DNA from: Eledone cirrhosa
Taxonomy: Eukaryota
Assembly (NCBI GenBank): GCA_964016885.1
Contig: OZ024740.1
Coordinates: 73,284,001-73,348,000 of the forward strand
Direction of reading: 5' to 3'
DNA: 64,000 bases
Shown: positions 25,728-39,579 of the stretch, in pieces
How positions within the stretch are numbered: the first letter of the stretch is position 1
Layout of the letters: the number at the start of each line of letters is the position of its first letter
The notes under the pieces: model-generated
The model's input: the letters and a program-made list of their open reading frames with translations, nothing else
Database searches by the model: none
Told to the model about the DNA's origin: nothing
Program-made: the position numbers and the translations under genes

Positions 25728-27354
25728 ACATATATATATAATGTGTGTGCGTATGCATTTAAGTATCTGCGTGTATATCCCGTAATTTAGCAGTTCGACA
25801 GAAAAATGATCGATAAAATAAGTATCAGACTTGAAAAAAGATAAATATTAGACTCTTAAAACCCTAAAAGGCGGTGCTGCATCATCACCGCATTCTAAAG
25901 ACCATTAAAATGATATTTCTAAATTTATTGGCTTGTTATGAAATATTCCTCAGAAATTATTTCAATTCTTGAAAATGCCGAACATAGCTCAGTGTATGTG
26001 AAGAACTTTGTTTTATTTTGTATTTTCCCTTGCACTGGGCGTATTCTAAGTAATATGTTGTTGTTGTTACGGCTCCCATGTATGTAAGTTTAGCTAGCCT
26101 CTTACAAGGTTGCATGTGATAGGAGGTTTCTTGGCTGTTTTAATGATAGGAACCCCAATCCTATTATGTCGTTGTTACAGCTCACACCTATGAGGGTCGT
26201 TTCATAGGTTGACTATGAAGGATTAATGCTAGAGATGTGAAGCCTTGCATGCATTAATTTCATCTCTTCTTATTAATAACTCCATTGTTTCTTTCCAGGA
26301 ACTATTTTGAAAAATAAACCTTATTTGGTTATTCCATTAACTGTTCAACTTTTGAACGTTTCAGCCGAATACCATATGTAGGTTTAGCTGGTGTTCTACA
26401 AGGTTGCATCTCGGAGGAGGTTTCTCGGGGGAGGGGTGAGTAGTTAATGATATGAGTCGCAGCCATCAAAAGTCTTCCTACGCTAAACCGGATATGAGTC
26501 CATTGCAATGATCAACTCGCAGCTGCTGCCACTGGTAATTTATTTTCAACTGAGTTGACTGGAGCAGCGTGAAATGAAACATCATGCTCAAGAACATAAC
26601 ACGCCATCCGGTCCAAGAATCGAATCCAATAACCTATGATAGTGAGTCCATTAATCTAACCTCTAAGCCACACTGATATATATGTAGTGCCTAATAATAC
26701 TATCTTCTGAATGTTGTGTACATTTGCAGTCCTGAAATTTTAACTATTCATTTGCCTGTGTAAGGCGTATTTTTGTAATTAAAGTCTGGAGCTTATTGCA
26801 TTGATCTCGTTTTGTCGAACCTCTAAGTTGCGAGACATAAACAAATAGTATATATATATATATATATATATATATGATAACAAAAGACACACAGAAAAAC
26901 AGTTGCATAAGATAAACAAACAACTACATCTCAACCTCATCAGCCACCTTGCTGACGTGCAAAATCGTGCATTAAGGTGGTATTGCACTTGTAATAGCAG
27001 TTTGTGCAACAGATTGGAGAACCACATTGTTGGTTAGCTGCAATTAAAACTAGAAATAAATCGACAACAAACATAGCAGGTGAAACATGCAACATGTAAA
27101 CGCTGGAAAAGGGAAATATTTATACTTTCATCAAAAGAATGTATTTAACAAAATATGTCCGTTACCTACCGAAACTGAGAGTTAAAAGACAGCGGGCCTA
27201 AGCTGAAGGAGAGAAAAAAATGAGAGGAAGGAAGAGAGAGGAAAGAGTGAGAGAGAGAGTAATGAAAAATAGAAAGTAGTTTGTTGAGGTAACACAAATT
27301 GAAACACAGAAGTAATTGTTTAGAAAAGGCATACAGCGTTATAAACACACACAT

Positions 27355-27570
27355 ATATATCGACAGTCGATCTAATTTCGTCAAATCGGACCAGGGACAC
27401 AATGTTTCCGTAGATGTTTCCAATTGCTAATACTATCTATCGGTCGCAACTCCAGGTAGAAGGTGCAATGTGACATAAAGAGTCTTGATCAAGGACATAA
27501 CGCATCGCCTGGTACGAGAATCGAACTCATAAACTCACGATTGCGAATCTAATTCTCTAACCACCCACCA
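27355..27570 (-). mobile_element. Second tRNA-derived SINE family
   Basis: gtcaaatcggacc...caattgctaat...gtcttg.tcaaggacataacgcatcgcctggt...aatcgaactca; homologues at ~43930-44150 and ~60155-60350, partial at ~26530-26672. Confidence 0.7.
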
Positions 27571-27657
27571 TAGATTAACAGTTTAAGTAAATAATTTCTG
27601 ATTTCACCCTGAGTGAAACTAATAAGACTTTTTGTATCTCTGTTTGTTGTTCCCCTG

Positions 27658-27717
<60 letters not shown>

Positions 27718-27874
27718 ACAGGTATGTGTATACGTGTGTATGTATGTGTGGATGTGTGTGTGTATATATCAATATATGTGTATGTATGTGCGTGTGTATG
27801 TGTGTATATATATATATGTGTGTTTCTTTGTATGTGTATGTATGTATGTATGTACATATATGTACGTATACATA

Positions 27875-27915
<41 letters not shown>

Positions 27916-28029
27916 AAATTTCCCTTCTACATGGTTGAATACTAATAAATGTAATCTGAGTTTTTCGAATATTAATAATAACTTTCGATTCGTTTGCAAT
28001 TATGCAAACAAGCCTCAATTTTATAGCCA

Positions 28030-31000
28030 TGTCAGTAGAATGAACCCTTCATTCTTGCTCTTGTGTTGGCATGTTCTTTGCTGAACTCTATCGAAGTTAC
28101 ACTAATCTTTCTTTTGAGAGAGCCCCCCCCCCCCACCACCACCACCACCACCATCTGTTATTGATGATCCCCCCCTGTCAACCTTTGCTTAACTAAATTG
28201 TTGACTCGGTCCCTGTAAGCCTTACGTGCCGGAAATGACATGTTCAACTTCCAGTAACCCGGTCCTAACCTACGCGTTTTATCTAGGTCGACCGTACAGA
28301 TCACAAATTTGTGATCTGAATAGGCGACCGTTTTAAAAAGTGGGCAGCCTACACTATTTCTATCTATTTTCCTAATGAAGATCCTGTCTATATACGATCT
28401 AGATGACCCCATTCGGTTGGTCCATGTCTATACTGGCGCATTGGGGAAATCTAGTCGATACCTGTCAGACAGTTGGAACTGGCTGATTAGGTGCTTGAGG
28501 CTTTTGCACCCCCGCTCTTATCAGCTACTCCCACACAATCCCAGCGTGCGTCTAAGATGCCGTTCCAGTCCCCCGCTAACAGTAAAGGGCGAGACGTACC
28601 CAGAAAGGTCTCCAGGCGCCTAAAGAAGTCCGGTCGTCCGGCTCCCGTAGGGGCGTAGATGGCCAGCAGTCTAAAGGCATCAACTTCGCTACTGCTCACA
28701 TCCAAGACCACCAACTTACCGTCCGGGTCCCGGAAGATTGACCTTACCTCGAGATCTAGGCCTTTCCTAAACAGCACTGCCACGCCACCTCCCATTCCCG
28801 GCCTGCTAACAGATGCGAAGATCTGATAGTCGTCGAAAATGGGAGCTAGTGCGCGCGTGTCGGAAATTCTGGTCTCGCTGACGGCAATCACATCCATTTC
28901 CAGAGACCTGACGTCGTTGAGCAGTCGACTCCAGGCCGCGAACATTAAAATTTCCTGCTCTTAATATGGCCATGCTGGCAAGCTAAAAGAGAGAGGGAAG
29001 GTTTAATTACCTCCCGGGGTCTTATGAAGGTCGGGTGGTTCGACCTCCAGGGTTGGTGGGGTTTCTTTTGGGAACCCCTTTAAAAGTCTCGATGTGGGTT
29101 TCACATTCGGGGTTCCCACGTCTTGAGGAAAGCTCTCCCGAATTTCTTTGAAGGAATCGAGTGACATTCTGACCAAAAGCAAATCTTCTGGCGCGCAAAA
29201 TGTGCTCATTTCAAAGATCTCCCCCTCTGTTTGAATGTCCTTGCTTCGTGCTAAGAGGGCCATCAGTTTATCGTTGGCCCTTCTGACAAGCACGAAGTTT
29301 TTAACATTTTGTTGGTGTGGTTTTATTTGTTTTCGTTTTGGTGACTGTGGTGGTGCTGGTTTTGGTGGTGTTGTTTCGAGTATGTCTGTGTTTGTTGTAG
29401 GTGTGGTGTCTGCAATTTCAGGTATGTGTGTGTTTATTTGTACTTGTGTTTGTTTAGGTTGTTTACGTTTCGGGGATTGTGGGGGTGGTGTCGATGTTGC
29501 TGTTGGTGCTAATGTTATTGGGGAAGTGTTTGCGTTAGTGGTGTCTGTATTTTTTGTTGCGTATGTTTTTGTGTTTTGTTGTGGCTTTTTTTTTTGTGAA
29601 TTTTCTGGGATTTTTTTTGTACTTTTGGGTTTTCCTTCATCTTCGCTGCTGGAAGACAAAGGGTCTGTGGCTGTGAGTGTCTCTGTGTCTGTGTGCGCGT
29701 TTATTGTTTTATCTATGTGTATAATTGGAGGGCTAGGGGAGTGGGAGGGCTTTCCTCGTTTTCCCTTTGGATTGGTTTCGGTGTTGGTGGTGGTCCGGCT
29801 GTTTTTTATGTTGGTGTCCGTGTCTTTGTTGGTGTTGTTTTTGGTGGTGGTGGTGCAGCTTTCCGTGCTGACACTGACGTTGGCAACAAGGGAGGTTTGT
29901 GACACCCTGCATTTTTGCGCTGAGGGAAGAAGGCTTGCAGATGCGTTGCTTCCCCGCAGACGAAGCAGTGCGGCCTTCTTCCCTCAGTGATTAGTTGGGT
30001 TGTTGTCCCGTCCTGCAGGCGGGCAAAATCCGGGATGTTGTTCATGTCCTCTGGTTTCATTTGGAGAAGAATCTACAAGTCCATTCCGGACCAGTCTTCT
30101 CTCTCTGTCCTTTTGATATCCAGGAGGGTAGTGTCTGTCTCCTCCTTGATTACGCATCCCAGGAGCCACCATATGTTCATTTCTGGTGGGGTTCCGGGAA
30201 TGCAGACCTTTACTGTCCTTTTGCCCATGTAGGACGGGTGCATGATAATGTGTTCCGTTCTGCAGGGGGTCACCGAGTGCTTAATAGCAAGGGCCTCGGT
30301 TTTGAACAATACCGAGATGGTACCGAACTGTTTGGACCTTGCTTTATACCCTATGTCACTTCCGATGCACTCCAAAGCAGCCTCGACCTCTGCTTGGCTG
30401 GCAAGTTCCACTCTGCGTGTCTGCACTGAAATGCATCGAAAGTACACCGTCCTCCTTTGCATGGCCGCTATTGCCCCGTCCTTGATGGTCAGGTTTGCCC
30501 AGGACTTCTCCCGTTTAATTAACCTCCACGCCTGGGCCAACTGTTCGTCTTTATCGCTAATATCAATATTCAATAAGCGCTTTGCTTTTGCTGCTGCTGC
30601 AGCAAAGGTGGTGCCTCTGTTGCTCTTGTTGTTGGTGTTGTCGTTATTGCTGTTGGTGTTGTTGTTGTTGTTTTGTTTGTTGTTGCTTTGCCACCGCCAT
30701 TTGTGTTTACATTGAAGCTGTCGGTGTTATTGTCGTTGTTGTTCTGAGTTGTTGTTGTGGTGGCGGTGGTGATGTTGTTTTGAGATGATACTGCTACTAT
30801 CACAGAAGGGAGCGGTTATGGTGGTACCTTTTGTGTTTTGCCTTCACGGTCAGTGGAATGGTCGACAGGCGTGTCTGTAGTAGTCGTAGTCGCGGTGAGA
30901 TTTACAGTGGCTGCTTTTGAACTTTTGACCTGAACGTTGTTTACCGTTTCAAGGTCGAAAATTTCCATTTTTTTTTGGGGGGGGAAGCGATTTTTCGAAG

Positions 31001-31185
31001 TTTTTTAAAAATAAATCTGAATATTCGGGCTTAAAGCCCGAATATTGAGAGGTCTCTCTCCATGGGAACCAAGGTGGGTACCTTATGCTTCGTTAACGAC
31101 AAGAAAATACAAAAAATTATACTTTAAAACAGCTTAAAGTTACGAACCTTTCCCCCGCAGACTTGTGCGTCTTCATACATGTGCG
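28030..31185 (-). mobile_element. Tx1-clade LINE family B: 5'UTR + disrupted ORF1 + APE part of ORF2 (3' end lost)
   Basis: ORF1 pieces (YMGKRTVKV, EGRRPHCFVCGEATHL) are homologous to family A ORF1. APE motifs SETRI, YAPT, AGDWNG, YSDH and GPGYWKLN occur across frameshifts. The 5' end abuts (TAA)n at 31190. Confidence 0.88.
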
Positions 31186-31188
31186 TAA

Positions 31189-31252
<64 letters not shown>

Positions 31253-31554
31253 CCACATTATAGAATTCCTACTACTAACAAAGAGGAAGGCATCAAAATA
31301 TATAGATAGACTCAAAAGAAAAAAGAAAAAACAAACAACAAAACCAAAGCAGCACAGCAACAACAGCAAAAACGAGAAAAACAAACAGAGAAAAACAAAA
31401 ACAAAAAAAGAAACCCCCAAAACGTAAAGAAAATAAGAATGAAGAGAGAAGCAGGCGGACGGACAGAGAAGAGGGGGGGGGGAGTAAAACTTAAAAAACA
31501 AAAACTAAGTCAGACATTCGAACACTACATTACAATGAAACTTATGCTTATTCA

Positions 31555-34500
31555 TTTTTGGGGCCCTTTCTGCCCGTGTGTTTGTTTGTTTATGTGTGTT
31601 CGTATACAGCGTGGTGATAATGCCACACAAGGGCCAAGTGGGATGGCGGATCCACAGATGGCTATGTAACTATACATTCGCCAATCCTCGATAAGAGTGT
31701 TTAAATATCGAACATAAACAGTTCGAATAACAGTGAAATGGAGACTAGAACGTCATGTGACAGACTCTCACCCAACAGGTGCCCCCTGGCTCAGCAGCAG
31801 GAACCTGACTGTCAACCAAATACTGCTGATGTTGGAGGAAGAAGAAGAAGGAAAGGGGCCAGAACCAACTGGACGAAAGAATTGAATAGAACTGTTATGC
31901 AATGCTACCTGAGAAGTAACCCCAAGGAGAGGGGCTACAGGAGACGGATGCATAACATCTGGAACGAGATTGGTTTATTTAAATTAGATGAACAAAAATT
32001 GGCCGGGCAGGCTCGGGTAATAAGAACTAATGGGTGGATAAGCGAGCTGGAACTGGAGGAACTGAGCAGAGAGAATGGCTTGGAGATGGCGGGTGTAGTA
32101 TGCCAGACAAGCGAGCCAGTGGGAAATGAAGGTGAAGAGGTCCTGAGAACGGAGGAACCACCCGAAGCAGACAATGATCTGAATACTGAGATAAATAATA
32201 CCTGGAACAGAGATACGGCCACTGAGGAGATGAATGCTGACGGGCTAGGACAAGATTCGGTTGACATCCTAAATTTAGTGGTAGATGAATTGAACAATGA
32301 TAGTGGGAGACCTATGAACCTAAGATTTGTAGACAGGAAAAAGTTAAAAGAAACAACAGCTAAGGTAAACAAAGTCATCCCATACCTTGAGGCGAGGAGC
32401 CTTCACCAGTGCAACAATATCCTCAAAGCAACAGCAAATACGGTGAGGAAACTACTTGGTATAAAAGCGAGAGGAAACAACAGTCAAGAAAGAGCAGAGC
32501 CGTGGTGGAAGAAGCGACTGAGTGGGCAAATCGGGGAAATGAGAAATGACATAGGAAAGCTTGAGTCACTACTGAATGGGACACTAAAAAACATAGGCAC
32601 TAAAAATAGACTGGAAATAAAATACAAAACTAGGAGTAAAAAGCTAAATATTATCATAGAGGAATTGAAGCAACGCATTGTAGCAAAGAGTGCAAAAATC
32701 AGGCGATACGAGAAAAGAGTCAGTCAGTATAAACAGAACCGCATGTTCGACAACAACCAGAAGATGCTGTTTGGACAGCTTGAGGGGAAAGAGAGAGGCA
32801 ACGACTTGATCCCTGGGGCGGAACAAACTAAAACATTCTGGAGAGGAATATGGGAGCAGGATGTTAGACACAATGCCCAGGCAGGGTGGATTGAGACAGT
32901 ACAGAGGGAGATCGGTGAGCAGGCACAACAACAAACTAATTTGAGTATCACAGTTGAAACTCTTAAGGGGCAGGCCAAAAAACTAACCAACTGGAAATCA
33001 CCAGGCCCAGATGGTGTGCAGGGGTATTGGATTAAACATTTAACATCCCTCCACCCGAAGCTGACGGCCATGTTCAATGACTGCTTGGTGTCGGGTGAGG
33101 TGCCAGAGTGGTTGACAAAAGGTACCACAGTTCTGATAATGAAAGACCGAATCAAGGGTAATGATGTTACCAACTATAGACCTATCACATGTCTGTCCGT
33201 AATGTGGAAACTGTTGACGAGCATTGTGTCTGAGGAGATCTACCATCACCTCCACACAAACAACTTGTTACCGGACGAACAGAAAGGATGCCGAAAGAAG
33301 TCACGTGGTACAAAGGACCAGTTGCTTATTGATAAGATGGTAATGGGGAATTGCAGGAGGAGACACACTGATCTTGCCATGGGATGGATAGACTACAGAA
33401 AGGCATTTGACATGGTGCCTCATTCCTGGATCACCAAAAGCCTGGAGATCTTCAGGGTGGCAGATAACATCAGACAGTTGCTAGGCAGGAGTATGGGGTC
33501 CTGGGAGACAGAGTTGACATCAACTGGAGTATCCTTGGGAAGCGTGAAGATCAAGAGAGGTATCTTCCAGGGAGATAGCCTGTCCCCTCTGTTGTTTGTC
33601 CTTGCCCTGATGCCCTTGACCATTATGCTGCGAAAAGTGAGAGCAGGATACAAGTTGGGAAGGGGAGAGCTTACCATCAATCACCTCCTCTTCATGGACG
33701 ATCTTAAGCTCTTCGGGAAAAGTGAGAAGGAGTTGGATGTGCTTGTTGACACTGTCCGTATTTTCAGCAGTGATATATGTATGCAGTTTGGTATTGGTAA
33801 ATGTGGAGTCATTGTGATGAAGAGGGGTAGGTTGAGCAGAAGTAACGGGATCCAGATACCAACAGGTGAGATGATAAAGGAAATTGACTCTGAGGAAGGA
33901 TACAAGTATTTGGGCGTTCTGGAGGCTGATGGCATAAAGAACAAAAAAATGAAGGAATTGTTAAGAACTGAATACATTCGGAGAGTAAGGAGCGTATTGA
34001 AGTCACATCTGAACAGCAGAAATGCCATAAGCGCAGTAAATTCCCGAGCTGTGTCTATTATTAGGTACAATGCGGGAATTCTGAGATGGAATGTTGCTGA
34101 ACAAAAAGAAATGGATAGGAAGACTAGGAAGCTATTGACTATCTACAACATGTTCCACAAGAGGAGTGATGTCGATAGACTCTACCTAAGGAGATCTGAG
34201 GGTGGAAGAGGTCTTATCAGCATAGAGGACTGTGTTCAGATGGAGAAAAACAACCTATACAAATACGTGACCTATAGTAAGGAGCCAATGCTCAGAACTG
34301 TACTGAAGGAGGGGACAGTAGGCCAGGGGATGTCCAAGGAGGAAATAACATCAAGGAGGAAGAGCAGCCTTAAGGGAAAATCCCTTCATAGTACCTTCTT
34401 TGAGAAAACTGAATTTAGAGATCCACAGACATAGAACTGGTTGAGAAGAGGAGACCTCAAAAAGGCTACAGAAGGAATGCTAATGGCTGCGCAGGAGCAG

Positions 34501-35243
34501 GCCCTCAAAACGAAGTGGTTGAAGCACCATATCTACAAGGAGGAGGCTAGCCCACTGTGCAGGATCTGTGGAGAGAGAGAGGAGACTGTGGCTCACATTG
34601 TGTCCGAGTGTAAACACCTAGCCCAGACCCACTATAAGGGCTGGAGACACGATGTGATGGGCAGGGTGATCCACTGGCACCTGTGCAAAGTAAACAATTT
34701 ACCACATTCTGAGAAATGGTATGAGCATAGGCCAGAGGCGGTGATGGAGAACAATCAGGTGAAGGTGCTGTGGGATTTTAGGATACAGACGGACAAAAAA
34801 CTGGAACACAATAGACCTGACCTGGTGGTTGTAGACAAAGAAAAAAGATCGTGCCTGATTGTGGATGTGGCCTGCCCGTTCGACACGAGAGTGCAAGAGA
34901 AGGAGAGGGAGAAAATTAACCGATACCAGGACCTAAAGTGGGAGGTGAAAAGGATTTGGAACTGCCATGAAGTCAAAGTGATCCCGATTGTCATAGGCGC
35001 ACTGGGGACTATCTCCAAAAGTTTCCAGGTATGGTTAAAGAAAATCGGCCCCTTCACGCTTTTTGGAACGCTTCAAAAGGCATGCTTGCTTGGAACAGCA
35101 AGAACCCTCCGATACGTCCTGAATATCTGAGGCTGCAGGTAGTGGCTTGATATTCAATCCAACGGACTTTCCAGTTAACCAACATCAATGACTGAGATTC
35201 AAGGAATAACAACAACAATAATAATAATAATAATAATAATAAT
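31555..35243 (+). mobile_element. R4/Dong-clade RLE non-LTR retrotransposon, near intact
   Basis: Single long frame with a myb-like N-terminus, RT and RLE; short 3'UTR; (TAA)n tail at 35205-35243. The 5' boundary is approximate. Confidence 0.9.
31738..35130 (+). pseudogene. Dong/R4 ORF (RT + CCHC + RLE) with one in-frame TAG at 34432-34434
   Basis: ORFs 31738-34434 and 34441-35130 share a frame; motifs KSPGPDG, YRPITCL, DYRKAFD, IFQGDSLSP, FMDD, CRICG..ETVAHIVSEC, RHD, NRPDLVV..DVACP..K..RY. Confidence 0.92.
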
Positions 35244-38200
35244 GATTTCTTTATTAACCACAAGGGTTTACATAAAGTAGACATTAAGGACTGCAGGACA
35301 ATACAGGGCGGTACAAATGGGCATTTCTGCGTGTAAAAAACAAAAACAGAGGATGTAACAAAAAATAACGATGAAAAATTCCCCAATAGGGGGGAGACTT
35401 CGGAGGGACATTTGTAGAGAAAGCCCAGTAAAAGGCCACAGTGACCCTGACCACCAAGGCAAGTGCCCTCTCCCAGTTTTCCACCTTTAATTTACAGATA
35501 CATACTCAGAGTAGGCCCATTCACTCGGGCCATACTTGCTTCTCTCACCCATCTTGCAACAAAATGCTGGGAAGAGAGCACTTCCCCCTCTACCCTGATT
35601 TTCCTTTTCAAATGAAATTTGAAAAGGTTAATCAGGGCATCACAGAAGTGGTAAGTGCTCGTCTTCAGCCCTTTCAAATGTGTCCACCATACTATCTCTT
35701 TCGCCATGGCCACCAGACAGATAAAAACTGTCTGCCCTTCCCGGCTAAAGGAAGAGGACGGGGCAATCCTCACGATGGACTCAGCTGATATCTGGATCCG
35801 TCCTACACGTGACAGCAGGTGTTCGACATAAACCCACAACTCAGCAATGCTCGGACACTGGACGAATGCGTGCAGGACGGTTTCGTCGCCCTGCACGCAT
35901 CTCGGACATGCCCGGCTGACGGCACTTCCATACCTGTAGAGTTTATCCCGAACTGACAAAGCTCCTCGGTAGCACTGCCAGGCCAGGGATTTCTGGAAGT
36001 TGTCCATAGGCCCCGGCCCGAAAGTCCTTCCGAAGAGATTGGCTAGTTGATTTTCGTCGACGCCTAGATTTTCTCCAAGTACGTCGTCGCTCTTCCCCTC
36101 CACTAATCCTCTATAGAACGCCAAGGTGGAGTTTCCACCGATCACATTGCCCGATTGGTCGAGGGCTGTGAGCGCCTGAAGACATTCCAGTCTCCAAGCG
36201 CTCCCTCTCGGTCTTCGCTTGACCCAGGACTGCAGCTCCGTCAAGGAGACGAGCTGGGAAAAGACGTGTCTAGCAAACGGCGACCACACCTGATCACCGT
36301 CGAGGAAGAGGTGGAGATGTCGTAGCCTGAGCGCGTGTTTGCGCATCATAGCCACGGCATGCCCAGCTCTCCACGTAGCGGGTGTTGACAGCAGATGGAC
36401 CGCCTGACCATCGGAGCGCGTCCATTCCACAAAAATCGAAACAGCAAACGCTCCAGCGCAGTCAGGCGGGGCTTAGGACAAGGTACGACGGTCAGGCGGT
36501 AGTAGATGACGGACTCGATGTACGCGTTAGCCACCTCCGCTCGACCTTTCAGGGATAGCTTCCTCTCCACCCATTTCTGGGTGAGAGAAGCCACCCTGCT
36601 CGTCACCTCGTCCCAGTTTTTGTCCGTCTGGAGATCCGGACTTAACCAGATCCCTAGCAATTTAACCGGTCCGTCCGTCCAGCGCCCGACGACGCTGTTT
36701 GACGGCATGGACCTGCCTCTCCAGGTGCCGAACTGCAGGCCCACTGACTTTTCCTGGTTGATCATTGCTCCTGTCACCGCTTCGTATTCTCTTAGTGTAG
36801 TGCCGATCGCCTCGATGCGTTTGGCGTTCGTCACCACTACGGTGACATCGTCCGCATATGCTGACATGGATCTTCCGCATCCTAGTTCGCGTGGGAACCC
36901 CCTCAACGTCTCCAGTTTGTACAGTAATGGCTCGAGAATCAATACGTACAAGAGTGACGAGAGGGGACATCCTTGGCGGACCGAGCGCATGATGTTGAAC
37001 GGTTCCGAAAGGTGACCGTTCACTCTCACCACAGAGCAGATGTCGCTGTGCATGGCAGCGATCCAGCCTCTGAAGACGGGCCCAAAGCCAGCCGCCCTCA
37101 GGACGGCCGCTAGGTAACGATAGTCGACCCTATCGAAAGCTTTCGACTGATCTAAATTGATCAAGGACCCACCCGTGGCAGGTTCCCTAGCTACCCTCTC
37201 TACGATGTATCGCATGAGGTGGAGGTTGTCGTGGATGGATCTGTCGGGAATGGCGCACGTCTGCGCCTCTCCCACCAGACCACCAACGACAAGCGCCAAC
37301 TTCTTTGCTAGCACCTTGGCCAAAATCTTGAACTCTGTGTTTAGCAGAGTTATGGGCCTGAAATTATCTATGTTATCCCTCTTGTTCGGATCCTTTCTCA
37401 CCAGCGCCACAGCTCCTCGGCTCACAGGGCTGGGAATTCTCCCGTTCTGTTGCCAGTTGCAGTAGACGTCCGCCAAGAGGCGGCCGAACAAGCCTGTCAT
37501 CTGTACGTAAAGTTCATAGGGCAGACCATCCAAAGCAGGCGATTTACCCCTTGTGCAGCCAGTCATTGCCTCCCGTACTTCAGCGGCTGTTATCGGCTTT
37601 TCGCAACACTCCGCCTCAGTGGCCGAGAGCCGCGGCAGTCCGTCGAGGTAGACACTAAAGTCCATTCCTCGATTCGGCCCGCCGCTGCCCCCGAACAGCT
37701 GGGCGAAGTGTCGCTGGAAAGCTTCACACATTTGCCCGGGATCGAGTAGCATGCGCCCGTCTTGGTCCACCAAAGACCGGATCGTGGCTTTGTTGCCACG
37801 ACGCGCCTCCGCCACTCGGGCCCATTGAACGGCTTTCGTCCCCTCGTGTTTGAGAGCACGCACCCTAGCTCTGATAACGCAGCCTTCGTGCTTTGCATTG
37901 AAGAATTGGTCAAGGGCCAATTTCGCCGCAAGCACGTCGGTCGCGATGCCTTTGCTAAGCGCCTCGTCTAATTTTCTAACTACTTCTCCCTCTGCTCTAT
38001 TTTTCTCTATTGCTAAAGCCTTACTAAACGTAATGGACTCTATTCTAATCGCTCTTTTCAGAGCAAACCACCACTTGTTGTTGACGATGGCCCCCGTCAA
38101 CGCCCGCTTAACTAGTTCGCTAATCCGGTCTCTGTAGGCCTTGCGCGCTGGTAAGAACGCGTTTAGCTTCCAGTAGCCGGGTCCCCGTCTATGAAGCCTA

Positions 38201-38359
38201 TCTAAGTCAAGCACACAGATCACGAATTTGTGGTCCGTGTAGCTGACTATCTTGAATTGTGGACAGCCTATGCTAGACCTATCTATTTCCCTACAAATTA
38301 CTCTATCTGGATATGATCTGGATGACCCTATGCGATTTATCCAAGTCCACATTGGCATA

Positions 38360-38361
<2 letters not shown>
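35244..38361 (-). mobile_element. 5'-truncated Tx1-clade LINE family C, nested in the Dong (TAA)n tail
   Basis: ORFs 36346-38445 and 35492-36430 (one frameshift) encode the APE C-terminal end (YTDH, GPGYWKLN), RT (AYADD) and CPRC..ETVLHAFVQC. The 3'UTR with AATAAA runs into (ATT)n. Confidence 0.92.
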
Positions 38362-38620
<259 letters not shown>

Positions 38621-39579
38621 GGGAAGAAGACGCACGAGGTGGTAGAAGGTCATGAAATCGCTCCCGTAAGTTTTTGATTTTTAACATATTTAAATCAATT
38701 GTGAAATAACAATTCTTAGTACAAATGTAGCATAATCCACCGAATGAAGTCCCATAAAATTTCGGATCCATATTATATTGTTATATCGCTCAAATATTCA
38801 ATTTTGTATTATATATTTTGTATTCAAAAAAAGAAAATGGTTATAAATGGAAGAAAACACCCTCTGTCTACACTATATAGAACAGCCAAATAACAGCAAT
38901 TTCACCAACACCAGAAAGTTGATACACCACCTATCCCATCACACTAAATATAACAGCCAAATAACGGCAATTTCACCACCACCACCATCAATCCCGGCAT
39001 GATAATAATAATTACTATTATTATTGTCTCAAATTTTAACAAAATGTTTAATTCCAATTTTACGGGAATATGTCAACACAATATATATTAAACATACGAA
39101 CACAAACTCATAGATACTACATATCACAAAACCCAGTAACCACAAAGCCACCGCCGCCACCACCCCATCCATCATCTTGCTACCACTATCCCATCGTCGC
39201 CGCCACCACTCCTTCATTGCTACCACCACTATTCCTCTGTTAACTTGAGAGAGAAAGGGGAAGGTGGCGGCATCACTAGACAAGGGAGAGGCTAGCAAAA
39301 GATATAAATAGATTGACTTAGTGACCTGGCCACCGGCCAAACGTCAACATCGACAACTATGGGACTGCTGGCTCACCCCTTCCTCACCAACAATATAAAA
39401 AGCCCCGGCACCACCACCGACATAGCCAACAACAATAACAGCCAACAAAAAGTATATTATATTAGTGTAATGCACTGGGTGATTGCTGGCCTTGTGCCTG
39501 AAGTGGAGACAATTATTAATAATTTCATTCTTAAGCCACGCAATGCTCACATTAAGGAACCACTCATGATAATAACAAT

